Shown here piece by piece: positions 54,401 through 64,000 of a stretch of DNA of 64,000 bases. The translations under genes were made by a program, and so were the position numbers. Where the stretch lies: contig NC_086108.1 in assembly GCF_963921235.1 (NCBI RefSeq), forward strand, positions 111,230,001-111,294,000, given 5' to 3'. The notes beneath the pieces were generated by a model. The model was not told the origin of the DNA. It saw only the letters and a program-made list of their open reading frames with translations, and made no database searches. This stretch comes from Mobula hypostoma. Lineage: Eukaryota. Numbering within the stretch: the stretch's first letter is position 1; every line of letters starts with the position of its first letter.

Positions 54401-57034
54401 ATTTCACAGTGCGCTAAAATTCTCAGTTCATCAGCTAAACCTGTCAGAAGGTCACAGTGCACTAAAATTCTCAGCTCATCAGCTAAACCTGTCAGAATTT
54501 CACAGTGCTCTAAAATTCTCAGAGCATCAGCTAAACTCCTCTGAATTTAACAGTGCGCTAAAATTCTCAGTGCATCAGCTAAAGACGTCGGAATTTCACA
54601 GTGCTCTAAAATGCTCAGCACAACAGCTAAACGTGTCAGAATTTCACATTGCGCTAAAATTCTCAGTGCATCAGCTAAACCTGTCAGAATTTCACAGTGC
54701 GCTAAAATTCTCAGCACATCAGCAAGAACCTGTGAGAAGGTCACAGTGCACTAAAATTCTCAGCTCATCAGCTAAACCCATCAGAATTTCACAGTGCGCT
54801 AAAATTATTAGTGCATCAGCTAAACGCGTCTGAATTTGACAGAGTGCTAAAATTCTCAGTGCATCCGCTAAACCCTTCTAATTTCACAGTGCTCTAAAAT
54901 TCTCAACACACCAGCTAAACCTGTCAGAATTTCACAGTGCGCTAAAATTCTCAGTTCATCAGCTAAACCTGTCAGAATGTCACAGTGCACTAAAATTCTC
55001 AGCTCATCAGCTAAACCCGTCAGAATTTCACAGTGCTCTAAAATTCTCAGTGCATCAGCTAAACACGTCTGAATTTCACAGTGCGCTAAAATTCTCAGTG
55101 CATCAGCTAAACACGTCTAATTTCACAGTGCTCTAAAATTCTCAGCACATCAGCTAAACCTGTCAGAATTTCACAGTGCGCTAAAATTCTCAGTTCATCA
55201 GCTAAACCTGTCAGAATTTCACAGTGCTCTAAAATTCTCAGTGCATCAGCTAAACCCATCAGAATTTCACAGTGCGCTAAAATTCTCAGTGCATCAGCTA
55301 AACTCCGTCAGAATTTCACAGTGTGCTAAAATTCTCAGTGCATCAGCTAAACACGTCAGAATTTCACAGTGCTCTAAAATTCTCAGTGCATCAGCTAAAA
55401 TTGTCAGAATTTCACAGTGCGCTAAAATTCTCAGTGCATCAGCTAAACATGTCAGAATTTCACAGTGCTCTAAAATTCTCAGTGCATCAGCTAAACACGT
55501 CCAAATTTCACAGTGTTCTGAAATTCTCAGTGTATCAGCTAAATTGTCAGAATCTCACAGTGCGCTAAAATTCTCAGTGCATCAGCTTAACAGGTCTGAA
55601 TTTCACAGTGCGCTATAATTCTCAGCACATCAGCAGAAACCCGTCAGAATTTCACAGTGCGCTATAATTCTCAGTACATCAGCTAAACATGTCGGAATTT
55701 CACAGTGCATTAAAATTCTCAGCGCATCAGCAGAGACCTGTCAGAATTTCACAGTGTGTTAAAATTCTAAGTGCATCAGCTAAACCCCTCAGAGTTTCAT
55801 AATGCGCTAAGATTCTCAGTGCATCAGCTAAACCCGTCAGAATTTCACAGTGCGCTAAAATTCTCAGTGCAACAGCAGGAAACTGTCAGAATCTCACAGT
55901 GCGCTAAAATTCTCAGTGCATCAGCTAAACCCATCAGAATTTCACAGTGCTCTAAAATTCTCAGTGCATCAGCTAAACACGTCAGAATTCACAGTGCACT
56001 AAAATTCTCAGCACATCTGCTAAACCTGTCAGAATTTCACAGTGCGCTAAAATTCTCAGTGCATCAGCTAAACATGTCAGAATTTCACAGTGCTCTAAAA
56101 TTCTCAGCGCATCAGCTAAACACGTCAGAATTTCACAGTGCGCTAAAATTCTCAGTGCATCAGCTAAACCTGTCAGAATTTCACAGTGCGCTAAAATTCT
56201 CAGTGCATCAGCTAAACACGTCAGAATTTCACAGTGCTCTAAAATTCTCAGTGCATCAGCTAAACACGTCAGAATTTCACAGTGTGCTAAAATTCTCAGT
56301 GCATCAGCTTAACAGGTCTGAATTTCACAGTGCGCTATAATTCTCAGCACATCAGCAGAAACCTGTCAGAATTTCACAGTGCGCTAAAATTCTCAGTGCA
56401 TCAGCTAAACCCATCAGAATTTCACAGTGCTCTAAAATTCTCAGTGCATCAGCTAAACACGTCTGAGTTTCACAGTGTGCTAAAATTCTCAGTGCTAAAC
56501 TCATCGGAATTTCACAGTGCGTTAAAATTCTCAGCGCATTAGCAGGAACCTGTTTGAATTTCATAGTGTGCTAAAATTCTCAGCTCATCAGCTAAACCCA
56601 TCAGAATTTCACAGTGCGCTAAAATTCTCAGTGCATCAGCAGGAACCTGTCAGCATCTCACAGTGCTCTAAAATTCTCAGTTCATCAGCTAAACCCGTGA
56701 GAATTGCGCAGTCCTCTAAACTTCTCAGCACATCAGCTAAACCTGTCAGAATTTCACAGTGCACTAAAATTCTCAGTTCATCAGCTAAACACATTGGAAT
56801 TTCACTGTGCGCTATAATTCTCAGCTCATCAGCTAAACATGTCTGAATTTCACAGTGCTCTAATATTCTCAGCGCATCAGCTAAACACGTCCAAATTTCA
56901 CAATACTCTAAAATTCTCGGTGCATCAGCTAAACACGTCAGAATTTCACAGTGCACTAAAATTCTCAGTGCATCAGGTAAACACGTCTGAATTTCACAGT
57001 GCTCTAAGATTCTCAGCACATCAGCTAAACCCAT
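27405..57034. repeat. 48-bp satellite array (~29.6 kb, ~617 monomers) with higher-order structure
   Basis: Consensus TCAGAATTTCACAGTGCGCTAAAATTCTCAGTGCATCAGCTAAACCCG, uninterrupted head-to-tail. Identical ORF-track peptides recur every ~2545-2596 bp. Confidence 0.98.
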
Positions 57035-57109
57035 TTGTTTGTGAACCTATGGTCACATGCCCAAGGTGGCACATTTAGAAATTTAACTGGTCCCTAGCAG
57101 TAGACCGAC

Positions 57110-57250
57110 CTGGTTAGATGATTGGAGGAGTGATGAGCCAGAGCGTTGTTTCGAGCCAGAGGTAACTCCTATCCTTATGATTCGGCTTGATCCAGAGGGA
57201 CGCCGTGAATTGGAGACAGTGATTCCTCCCTGATGCCTTCTGATTGCGGC
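57110..57250 (-). CDS. vtg: Vitellogenin exon (Ser/Arg-rich phosvitin-to-LvII linker)
   Basis: tttttgtttAG...CAG/GTCGGT, phase 0-0, 47 codons: 'AAIRRHQGGITVSNSRRPSGSSRIIRIGVTSGSKQRSGSSLLQSSNQ'. Confidence 0.8.
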
Positions 57251-57984
57251 CTAAACAAAAAGTTAATACACTAAGGATTCAAAGCAAACAGTTAAATACT
57301 TCCCTTCTGATGGTAATGTTAATGTATTTTTTTTAAATTCCTGAAACTCATTGACATTACCAAATTCAATATTTCAGATTTAGATTTGGAAAAATAAACT
57401 GCAGTAAGTTGAGAGATCAGTCAACCTCCATCTTGGGGACCAGCCTCCCCAGCATCGAGAACGTCTTCAAAGGGAACTCCCTCAAAAAGCTGGCATCCAT
57501 CATTGAGGACCCCCGTCACCCAGGCTGTGCCCTCTTCACATTGCTACCATCAAGGAGATACAGGAGCCTGAAGAAACACACCCAGTGTTTCAGGAACAGC
57601 TTCTTCCCCTCCACCGTCAGATTTCTGAATGGACATTGGCCCTGCGCACACTTCCTCACTAACGTTATTTTCAATGTTTGCTCCCTTTTGCACTTCTCAT
57701 TTAATTTAAGTTTATATGTAAAATGAATTGCAGCTCCTGCCACAAAACAACATATTTCACGACATATGCCAGTGATATTCAACCTGATTGTTATGTACAT
57801 TGAAGCGTAGTGAAATGTGTTGTTTGTGTTCACATCCAACACAACCTAAGGTCGTGCTGGGGGCAGCCGGCAAGCGTCGCCACACATAGCGTGCCCACCC
57901 ACAGCAAGAGTGTGTTGGCTGCTGAATGTGAACACTGGTGTGGTGCTCAGCAGGACAACACAAGCAACAACAGCACCAATAAGG

Positions 57985-58299
57985 TAAAGTAAAGGCATCC
58001 GTTAGTCTTGTGAGACCATGGATCTGCGCCTGGAAAGTCTTCACTCTCCAGGGTGCAGGCCTGGGCAAGGTTGTATGGAAGACCAGCAGTTGTCTATGCT
58101 GCAAGTCTCCCCTCTCCATGACACCGATGTTGTCCAAGGGAAGGGCATTAGGACCCATACAGCTTGGCACCAGTGTCGTCGCAGAGCAATGTGTGATTAA
58201 GTGCCTTGCTCAAGGACACAACACGTTGCCTTGGCTGGGGCTCAAACTCACGACCTTCAGCTAGCTAGTCCAATGTCTTAACCACTTGGCCACATTCCC
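57985..58299 (-). mobile_element. tRNA-derived SINE
   Basis: Minus strand has A box TGGCCAAGTGG, B-box-like GTTTGAGCC, then GTCCTTGAGCAAGGCACTTAA and a CTTTA-type tail. Confidence 0.7.
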
Positions 58300-58512
58300 T
58301 CAATAGCAGCAAGATAAGTACCTTTCTTCCCTCCCACACACAGACAGGTCTCCAACTCCAGCGTAGGCTGCCTCTGGAGTTGTTAGCCTCCGACTCCCAT
58401 ATGCAGAAAGGAACTGATTAAATCTGAATCCAGGCTGGGCTATTTAGTCAGTTTTTATGTTCCCCTAGTATCTTGATCAGGAATCAGTAACTATCATAGA
58501 AGATTATCTTAC

Positions 58513-58566
58513 CCGACTTGTCTCTTCTGATGCAAACCTAAGTTCCAGGAATTGACGTTCTGATCT
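58513..58566 (-). CDS. vtg: Vitellogenin small exon after phosvitin
   Basis: ttcacAG...GTAAGA, 54 nt, phase 0-0: 'RSERQFLELRFASEETSR'. Position matches the short post-phosvitin exon of vertebrate Vtgs. Confidence 0.78.
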
Positions 58567-58690
58567 CTGTGAATATTTAAATTAAAAAGAAATTAGATTC
58601 TGCTCTCTTCTGCACAGCCTCCATCTGTGTGATTTACTGAGTATTTGATGTTTTGCTTGCCACACGTACACTGCAGAAGCTACAGGAGCT

Positions 58691-59122
58691 TCAGGTCCCA
58701 CACCACCAGGTTCAGGAACAGTTGTTACCCCTCAACCATCAGGTCCCACACCACCAGGTTCAGGAACAGTTATTACCCCTCAACCATCAGGACCCACACC
58801 ACCAGGTTCAGGAACAGTTATTACCCCTCAACCATCAGGTCCCACACCACCAGGTTCAGGAACAGTTATTACCCCTCAACCATCAGGTCCCACACCACCA
58901 GGTTCAGGAACAGTTATTACCCCTCAACGATCAGGTCCCACACCACCAGGTTCAGGAACAGTTATTACCCCTCAACCATCAGGTCCCACACCACCAGGTT
59001 CAGGAACAGTTATTACCCCTCAACCATCAGGTCCCACACCACCAGGTTCAGGAACAGTTATTACCCCTCAACCATCAGGTCCCACACCACCAGGTTCAGG
59101 AACAGTTATTACCCTTCAACCA
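58691..59122 (+). repeat. Minisatellite, 9 x 48 bp, inside a Rex1-type 3' fragment
   Basis: Unit TCAGGTCCCACACCACCAGGTTCAGGAACAGTTATTACCCCTCAACCA; copies are almost identical. Confidence 0.95.
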
Positions 59123-59529
59123 TTAGGCTCCTGAACCAGAGGGGATAACATCACTCAGCTTCACTCATCCCATCACTGAACTGTTCCCACAACCTATAGA
59201 CTCATTTTTAAGGACTCCACAACTCATCTTCTCAATATTTATTGCTTACTTATTTATCATTATTATTTTATTTCTTTTTCTTTTTGTATTTCCACAGTTT
59301 GTTGTCTTTTGCTGACTGGCTGTTTGTCTGTCCTGTTGGGTGTGGTTTTTCATCGCTTCTATTGCGTTTTTTTTTGTAGTTACTGTGAATGCCCACAAGA
59401 AACAGTGGAATACGGTGACATACACCGCATGTTCTTTGATAATAAATTCACTTTGACTCTGAACTTTGAGTTTTTTGAACTTAGAAACTCTGAACATCTG
59501 GTAGATATTGTTATCTTACTGGATGAACC

Positions 59530-60615
59530 TGTCACGGTCCAGTCTGTTGAATCCTTGTTTCAGTTAATTTCCTTTTCCCCGTGTTCCACTGGGCTCCTGA
59601 TCCTTATTCGAACGGGTCAGCATAAAAGCGCCGGCTTACGTCTACTCGTTGCTGGTTCGTCACCTCAGCAGGGCAGCTATGCTCGTTCCAGGCTGCCGAG
59701 AATGAGTCGAGTTGAGAGCCTGTCATCCGCCGTTCCTGTTTCGAGTCAAGAGGCTGGTTAGTCACCGTAGCCAGGGCGGCGATGAATCTTCTGAGCCACC
59801 GATATGAAGGGACCGTCTTCCGAGCCGCCAAGAATGAGGAACCGTCTTCATGAACTTCTCCGTGTCAAAATACGCTTTGTCTGTTGTTGTTTGTTTTTGT
59901 CATCTTGCGTCCAGCTGAGTGGGTCCGGCCATTTTGCCGCTGCTCCGAGCTGGGATTTGAGTGGTCTGTTGTTTTGTTTTGTTGGCTCCGAGTCCCAGTC
60001 CAAGGCTCCGAGTGTCCAGTCCAAGTCAAGGCTCTGAATCCAGTCCAAGTCAAGGCTTCATGTCCAGTCAAGACTTTATGTCCAGTCAAGGTTTCGTGTC
60101 AAGTCAAGGCTTCGTGTCCAGGTCTAGTCCCAGCCCAAGTACTGACCCTGAGTCCAAGTCAAGTCCAAGTCCGTCTCTGTGCCTGTGCCCTACACTTGAG
60201 TCCGCTTCCAGTCACCTCCAGCGGCTCCTTGACTCTCTCACGGTGGTGTCTGAAAAGAGGATACTGTCTAAGTTGCATGCTATCTTGGACAATGTCTCCC
60301 ATCCACTACATAATGTACTGGGTGGGCACAGGAGTACATTCAGCCAGAGACTCATTCCACCGAGATGCAGCACAGAGCGTCATAGGAAGTCATTCCTGCC
60401 TGTGGCCATCAAACTTTACAACTCCTCCCTTGGAGGGTCAGACACCCTGAGCCAATAGGCTGGTCCTGGAATTATTTCATAATTTACTGGCATAATTTAC
60501 ATATTACTATTTAACTATTTATGGTTCTATTACTATTTATTATTTATGGAGCAACTGTAACGAAAACCAATTTCCCCCGGGATCAATAAAGTATGACTAT
60601 GACTACTGTGTAACA
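59530..60615 (+). mobile_element. Solo LTR (related to 21711-22601) with a Rex1 fragment inserted near its 3' end
   Basis: TGTCACGGTCC...TGTAACA termini, flanks GAACC/GTACC (4/5 TSD match), and GTCCAGTCCAAGTCAAGG internal repeats shared with the other LTR. Confidence 0.7.
60230..60606 (+). mobile_element. Rex1/Babar 3' fragment
   Basis: Near-identical to the 3' ends of 19892-20685 and 61778-62686; (TATGAC)n tail. Confidence 0.88.
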
Positions 60616-61463
60616 GTACCAGCTGAGATCCCCAACACAATTACAGTCTCTTAGCATGGGAGTAGGTTCTTTGGCCCATTGTGCATATTAGTCTATTAGG
60701 CAACATTTTATGTGTGATCAGACACTTGAACAGACCTCTCAAACACTAAGGATGAAATCTTGATCTATCAATCTTACTCATTTTGGTCCCTGGCGCTTTA
60801 TTTGTCTGCCTGCTCTGCACTTTCTCTGTAACCTGTAACACTCAATCCTACATTTTAAAGCTAACGTTTAACCTTATTGGTCACTCGTACATCGAAGCAT
60901 ACAGTGAAATGTGTCATTTGTGACAACGGCGAACACGAGTGTTGGGGGCGGCCCACGACTGATGCCATACCTCCAGTGCCAGTACAGCATGTCTACGACT
61001 TACTATTCCGACCCACTATGATTTTTTTGGAATGTAGGAGGAACCGGGAGAACCTGGAGGAAACCCACGCGGTCACAGGGAGAACGTACAAGCTCCTTAC
61101 TGACAGCAGCAGGAATTGAACCCTGATTTTACAAGCTGCTGCCCCGATCCATCTTGACCGACCTGACTTGCAGAGTTTGTTATTTAACTCACAGCTACAG
61201 TCGAGTAAACAGGCCCTTACTGCCCCATGAACCCACGCCACCCAATCGCACCCATGTGACTAACAAACTTACGAATGCGTACATCTTTGGAATGTGCGAG
61301 GAAACCCACTCACCCAAGGGGGGAGCAGACGATGGCGGTAATTGAATCTGGGTCAGTTGAGCTGTAATAGTGTTACGCTAACCACAACCGTACCATTCTG
61401 CTCTCACCACCACCTGGGCAGTGAGTAAGCTGTTGCCATGCGAGGGCCTGACAGTGAAATTAC

Positions 61464-61748
61464 CCATGATCGAGAGGAACTGTGCCAGGACTTGGACTGT
61501 TGACTGGAGGCCATTTTCCTGCTGGCTCTCCAGCTTTGCAATCTGCTGCTGCTACTTCTACTGCTGGTGACGCTGGCCGTGACTCTGCTCGCTTTCCTCC
61601 AACTGGCGCGGGGCTCCACGGTTGCCCCCGGCCTCCTGGAGCTCGACCAGGAGCGGGTGACACTGCTGCTCTCCGACCATTGGCTAGAGCTGCTGGAGCT
61701 GGAACTGACGAGTTTGCGCCTGCTCAGGGTGCTGTTGTGTCTCGTGCC
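61464..61748 (-). CDS. vtg: Vitellogenin phosvitin exon
   Basis: ttttgtttacAG...GTAATT, phase 0-0, 95 codons with 37 Ser: 'GTRHNSTLSRRKLVSSSSSSSSQWSESSS...SKSWHSSSRSW'. Confidence 0.9.
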
Positions 61749-61777
61749 CTGTAAACAAAATAGGTAACTCAGAATCA

Positions 61778-62686
61778 CTTCAACTACTGCACAGAGTCTT
61801 GTCATCTTCAGAAGTTTTCGGATGACTCTGCCATAGTTGGATGCATCAGCAAGGGAGATGAGGCTGAGTACAGGGCTACGGTAGGAAACTTTGTCACATG
61901 GTGCGAGCAGAATTATCTGCAGCTTAATGTGAAAAAGACTAAGGAGCTGGTGGTAGACCTGAGGAGAGCTAAGGTACCGGTGACCCCTGTTTCCATCCAG
62001 GGGGTCAGTGTGGACATGGTGGAGGATTACAAATACCTGGGGATATGAATTGACAATAAACTGGACTGGTCAAAGAACACTGAGGCTGTCTACAAGGACG
62101 GTCAGAGCCGTCTCTATTTTCTGAGGAGACTGAGGTCCTTTAACATCTGCCGGACGATGCTGAGGATGTTCTACGAGTCTGTGGTGGCCAGTGCTATCAT
62201 GTTTGCTGTTGTGTGCTGGGGCAGCAGGCTGAGGGTAGCAGACACCAACAGAATCCACAAACTCATTCGTAAGGCCAGTGATGTTGTGGGGATGGAACTG
62301 GACTCTCTGACGGTGGTGTCTGAAAAGAGGACGCTGTCTAAGTTGCCTGCCATCTTGGACAATGTCTCCCATCCACTACATAATGTACTGGTTGGGCACA
62401 GGAGTACATTCAGCCAGAGACTCATTCCACTGAGATGCAGCACAGAGCGCCATAGGAAGTCATTCCTGCCTGTGGCCATCAAACTTTACAACTCCTCCCT
62501 TGGAGGGTCAGACACCCTGAGCCAATAGGCTGGTCCTGGAATTATTTCATAATTTACTGGCATAATTTACATATTACTATTTAACTATTTATGGTTCTAT
62601 TACTATTTATTATTTATGGAGCAACTGTAACAAAAACCAATTTCCCCCGGGATCAATAAAGTATGACTATGACTATGACTATGACT
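61778..62686 (+). mobile_element. Rex1/Babar LINE, 5'-truncated at the RT active site
   Basis: 'HLQKFSDDSAIVG' through 'RKSFLPVAIKLYN'; AATAAA and a (TATGAC)n tail. Confidence 0.9.
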
Positions 62687-63256
62687 ATTACACAGAGGAG
62701 CGTAGAACAGAAAACACAAAACGTCACAGCAAAGTGAAGGTCCTTCAGCTCACGGTGTTGTGCCAACTTCTTAACCCTTCCTTCCCATAGAACCCTCCAT
62801 TGTCCTATCTAAGAGTTTCTTAAATATCCTGAATACATCTGCCTCCACCTTCATGCCCTGGCAGGGTATTTCACATTCCCACCACTCTCTGTGTAAAAAG
62901 CATACCTCTGACATCCCCCATGTCCTTTTTCCAGGTGTCTGAACATAACGTGCTCCCATACTAGTTGTATTACTGACTGAAGTTCAGTTAAGTTTAATTA
63001 GTTTGGCAGAACATTAAGGGCTGATGAGTTTACCTACAGGAAAGAAACACAATAAAATTGAAAGAGTGCTGGCAAAACTTACGTGGTTGTTGCTGGGACC
63101 CGAATACCTCACTTGCAGAGAAAGACTGAGTAGGTTTGGACTTTATTCCCTGGAGTGTAGGAAAATGAGGGGAGATTTGATAGAGGTATACAAACTTATG
63201 AGGCTGTTTCTCCTCAAGATGGATGATGCTAGAAAACTAGAGGTCACAGGTTTAGG

Positions 63257-63637
63257 ATTTGTTCATTAGGTGTCATGTCATATGACGTGGGCGATCGTGG
63301 TCTTTCCTTGACTCTGATTGTTCTTGGCAAATTTTCCTACAGAAGTGGTTTGCCATTGCCTTCTTCTGGGTAGTGTCTTTACAAGACGGGTGACCCCAGC
63401 CATTATCAATACTCTTCAGAGATTGTCTGCCCGGTGTCAGTGGTCGCATAACCTGGACTTGTGATCTGCACCGGCTGCTCGTACAACCATCCACCACCTG
63501 CTCCCATGGCTTCACGTGACCCTGACTGGGAGGCTAAGCAGGTGCTACACCCTGCCCAAGGATGAACTGCAGGCCAGCGGAGGGAAGGAGTGCCTTACAC
63601 CCCCTTTGTAGAGACAGATCTCTACCCTGACAACCAA
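63257..63637 (-). mobile_element. SINE with RTE-related 3' region, inserted in a CR1 3' fragment (~63040-63800)
   Basis: 9-bp TSD AGGTTTAGG at 63248-63256 and 63638-63646. Minus strand contains GAAGGCAATGGCAAACCACTTC. Confidence 0.7.
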
Positions 63638-63906
63638 AGGTTTAGGGTGAAAGTTGAAATATTTAAGGGGAACTTGATGGGGAAGTTGACTCAGAGGTCG
63701 GTGCTAGTTGACAGTGGAATGGTGGATGCAGGTTTGATTGCAAGATTTTGGGTAAATACATGAATAGGAAGGACACTGAGGGCAATAGTCCAGACGGGAC
63801 TAGACAGAATAACAGTTTGATATGGACTGACTCTGATTATTCAGCCTCATTTTCTACAAAATTCTGAATGTTTGATGTTTCCCCAAGTACATTAATCAGA
63901 TGGTAC

Positions 63907-64000
63907 CTCTCCTGATGTCTTCATCAAAATTCTCCTCAGTCTATTTTGCTCCATTTCACTTGTCGTTCTGTCTATCTTTGCCTCTTTATCGTCAAGTTTA
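63907..64000 (-). CDS. vtg: Vitellogenin exon (end of lipovitellin-I), runs off the window
   Basis: Open frame 'KLDDKEAKIDRTTSEMEQNRLRRILMKTSGE', then a GAG/GTACCA donor in phase 0. Resembles the 'KLKKIL' segment that precedes phosvitin. Confidence 0.8.

Noticed and set aside
27434..57034. Dozens of ORFs with 16-aa periodicity (SEFHSALKFSVHQLN, RISQCAKILSASAK, ADALRILAHCEILTGL) as a repeat protein
   Set aside because: Artefact of a 48-bp unit with stop-free frames. Frequent 47/49-bp monomers shift frame freely, ORFs occur in several frames on both strands, and read-through from the upstream vtg exon stops after 8 codons.
27405..57034. CRISPR-like array (conserved part plus short variable part)
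   Set aside because: The variable segment is only a few bases with recurring alleles, not unique spacers. The context is eukaryotic and there are no cas genes.
57051..57062. GGTCAcaTGCCC next to the array end as an ERE
   Set aside because: The spacer is 2 nt rather than the required 3, and such a motif is expected by chance.
58645..59148. Involucrin-like (QVPHHQVQEQLL) or RSHTTRFRNSYY repeat proteins
   Set aside because: Translations of the 9 x 48-bp minisatellite in a TE remnant, antisense within an intron.
59961..60458. Ser-rich ORF as an extra phosvitin exon
   Set aside because: Wrong strand for vtg; it derives from LTR internal repeats fused to a Rex1 fragment.

Overview
Repeat-rich vertebrate genomic DNA, most likely from a cartilaginous fish such as a ray (inferred from the CR1, Rex1/Babar, V-SINE and Penelope-type repeat set). 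The only host gene is on the minus strand: the 3' part of a vitellogenin (vtg), reconstructed by hand as 14 exons between 64000 and 15042. These run from the end of lipovitellin-I through phosvitin, lipovitellin-II, vWF-D (TCGLCG) and the Cys-rich C-terminus, about 662 codons, with all junctions GT-AG, phase-compatible and stop-free. One vtg intron (27383-57109, 29,727 bp) is ~99.7% a single 48-bp satellite of ~617 monomers. The satellite has a ~2.55-2.6 kb higher-order repeat, contains no transposon insertions, appears to supply the intron's branch point, and carries ~13 variant monomers resembling the vitellogenin estrogen-response element. Downstream of the gene (1-14.8 kb) is a nested retroelement cluster: a full-length L1/Tx1 with a 16-bp TSD, a PNMA-type Gypsy element split by an apparent CR1-mediated inversion plus deletion, and a palindromic Penelope-type element with a minimal hammerhead ribozyme core. 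Repeat-family names come from motif recognition, not database searches, and boundaries of degraded repeats are approximate.
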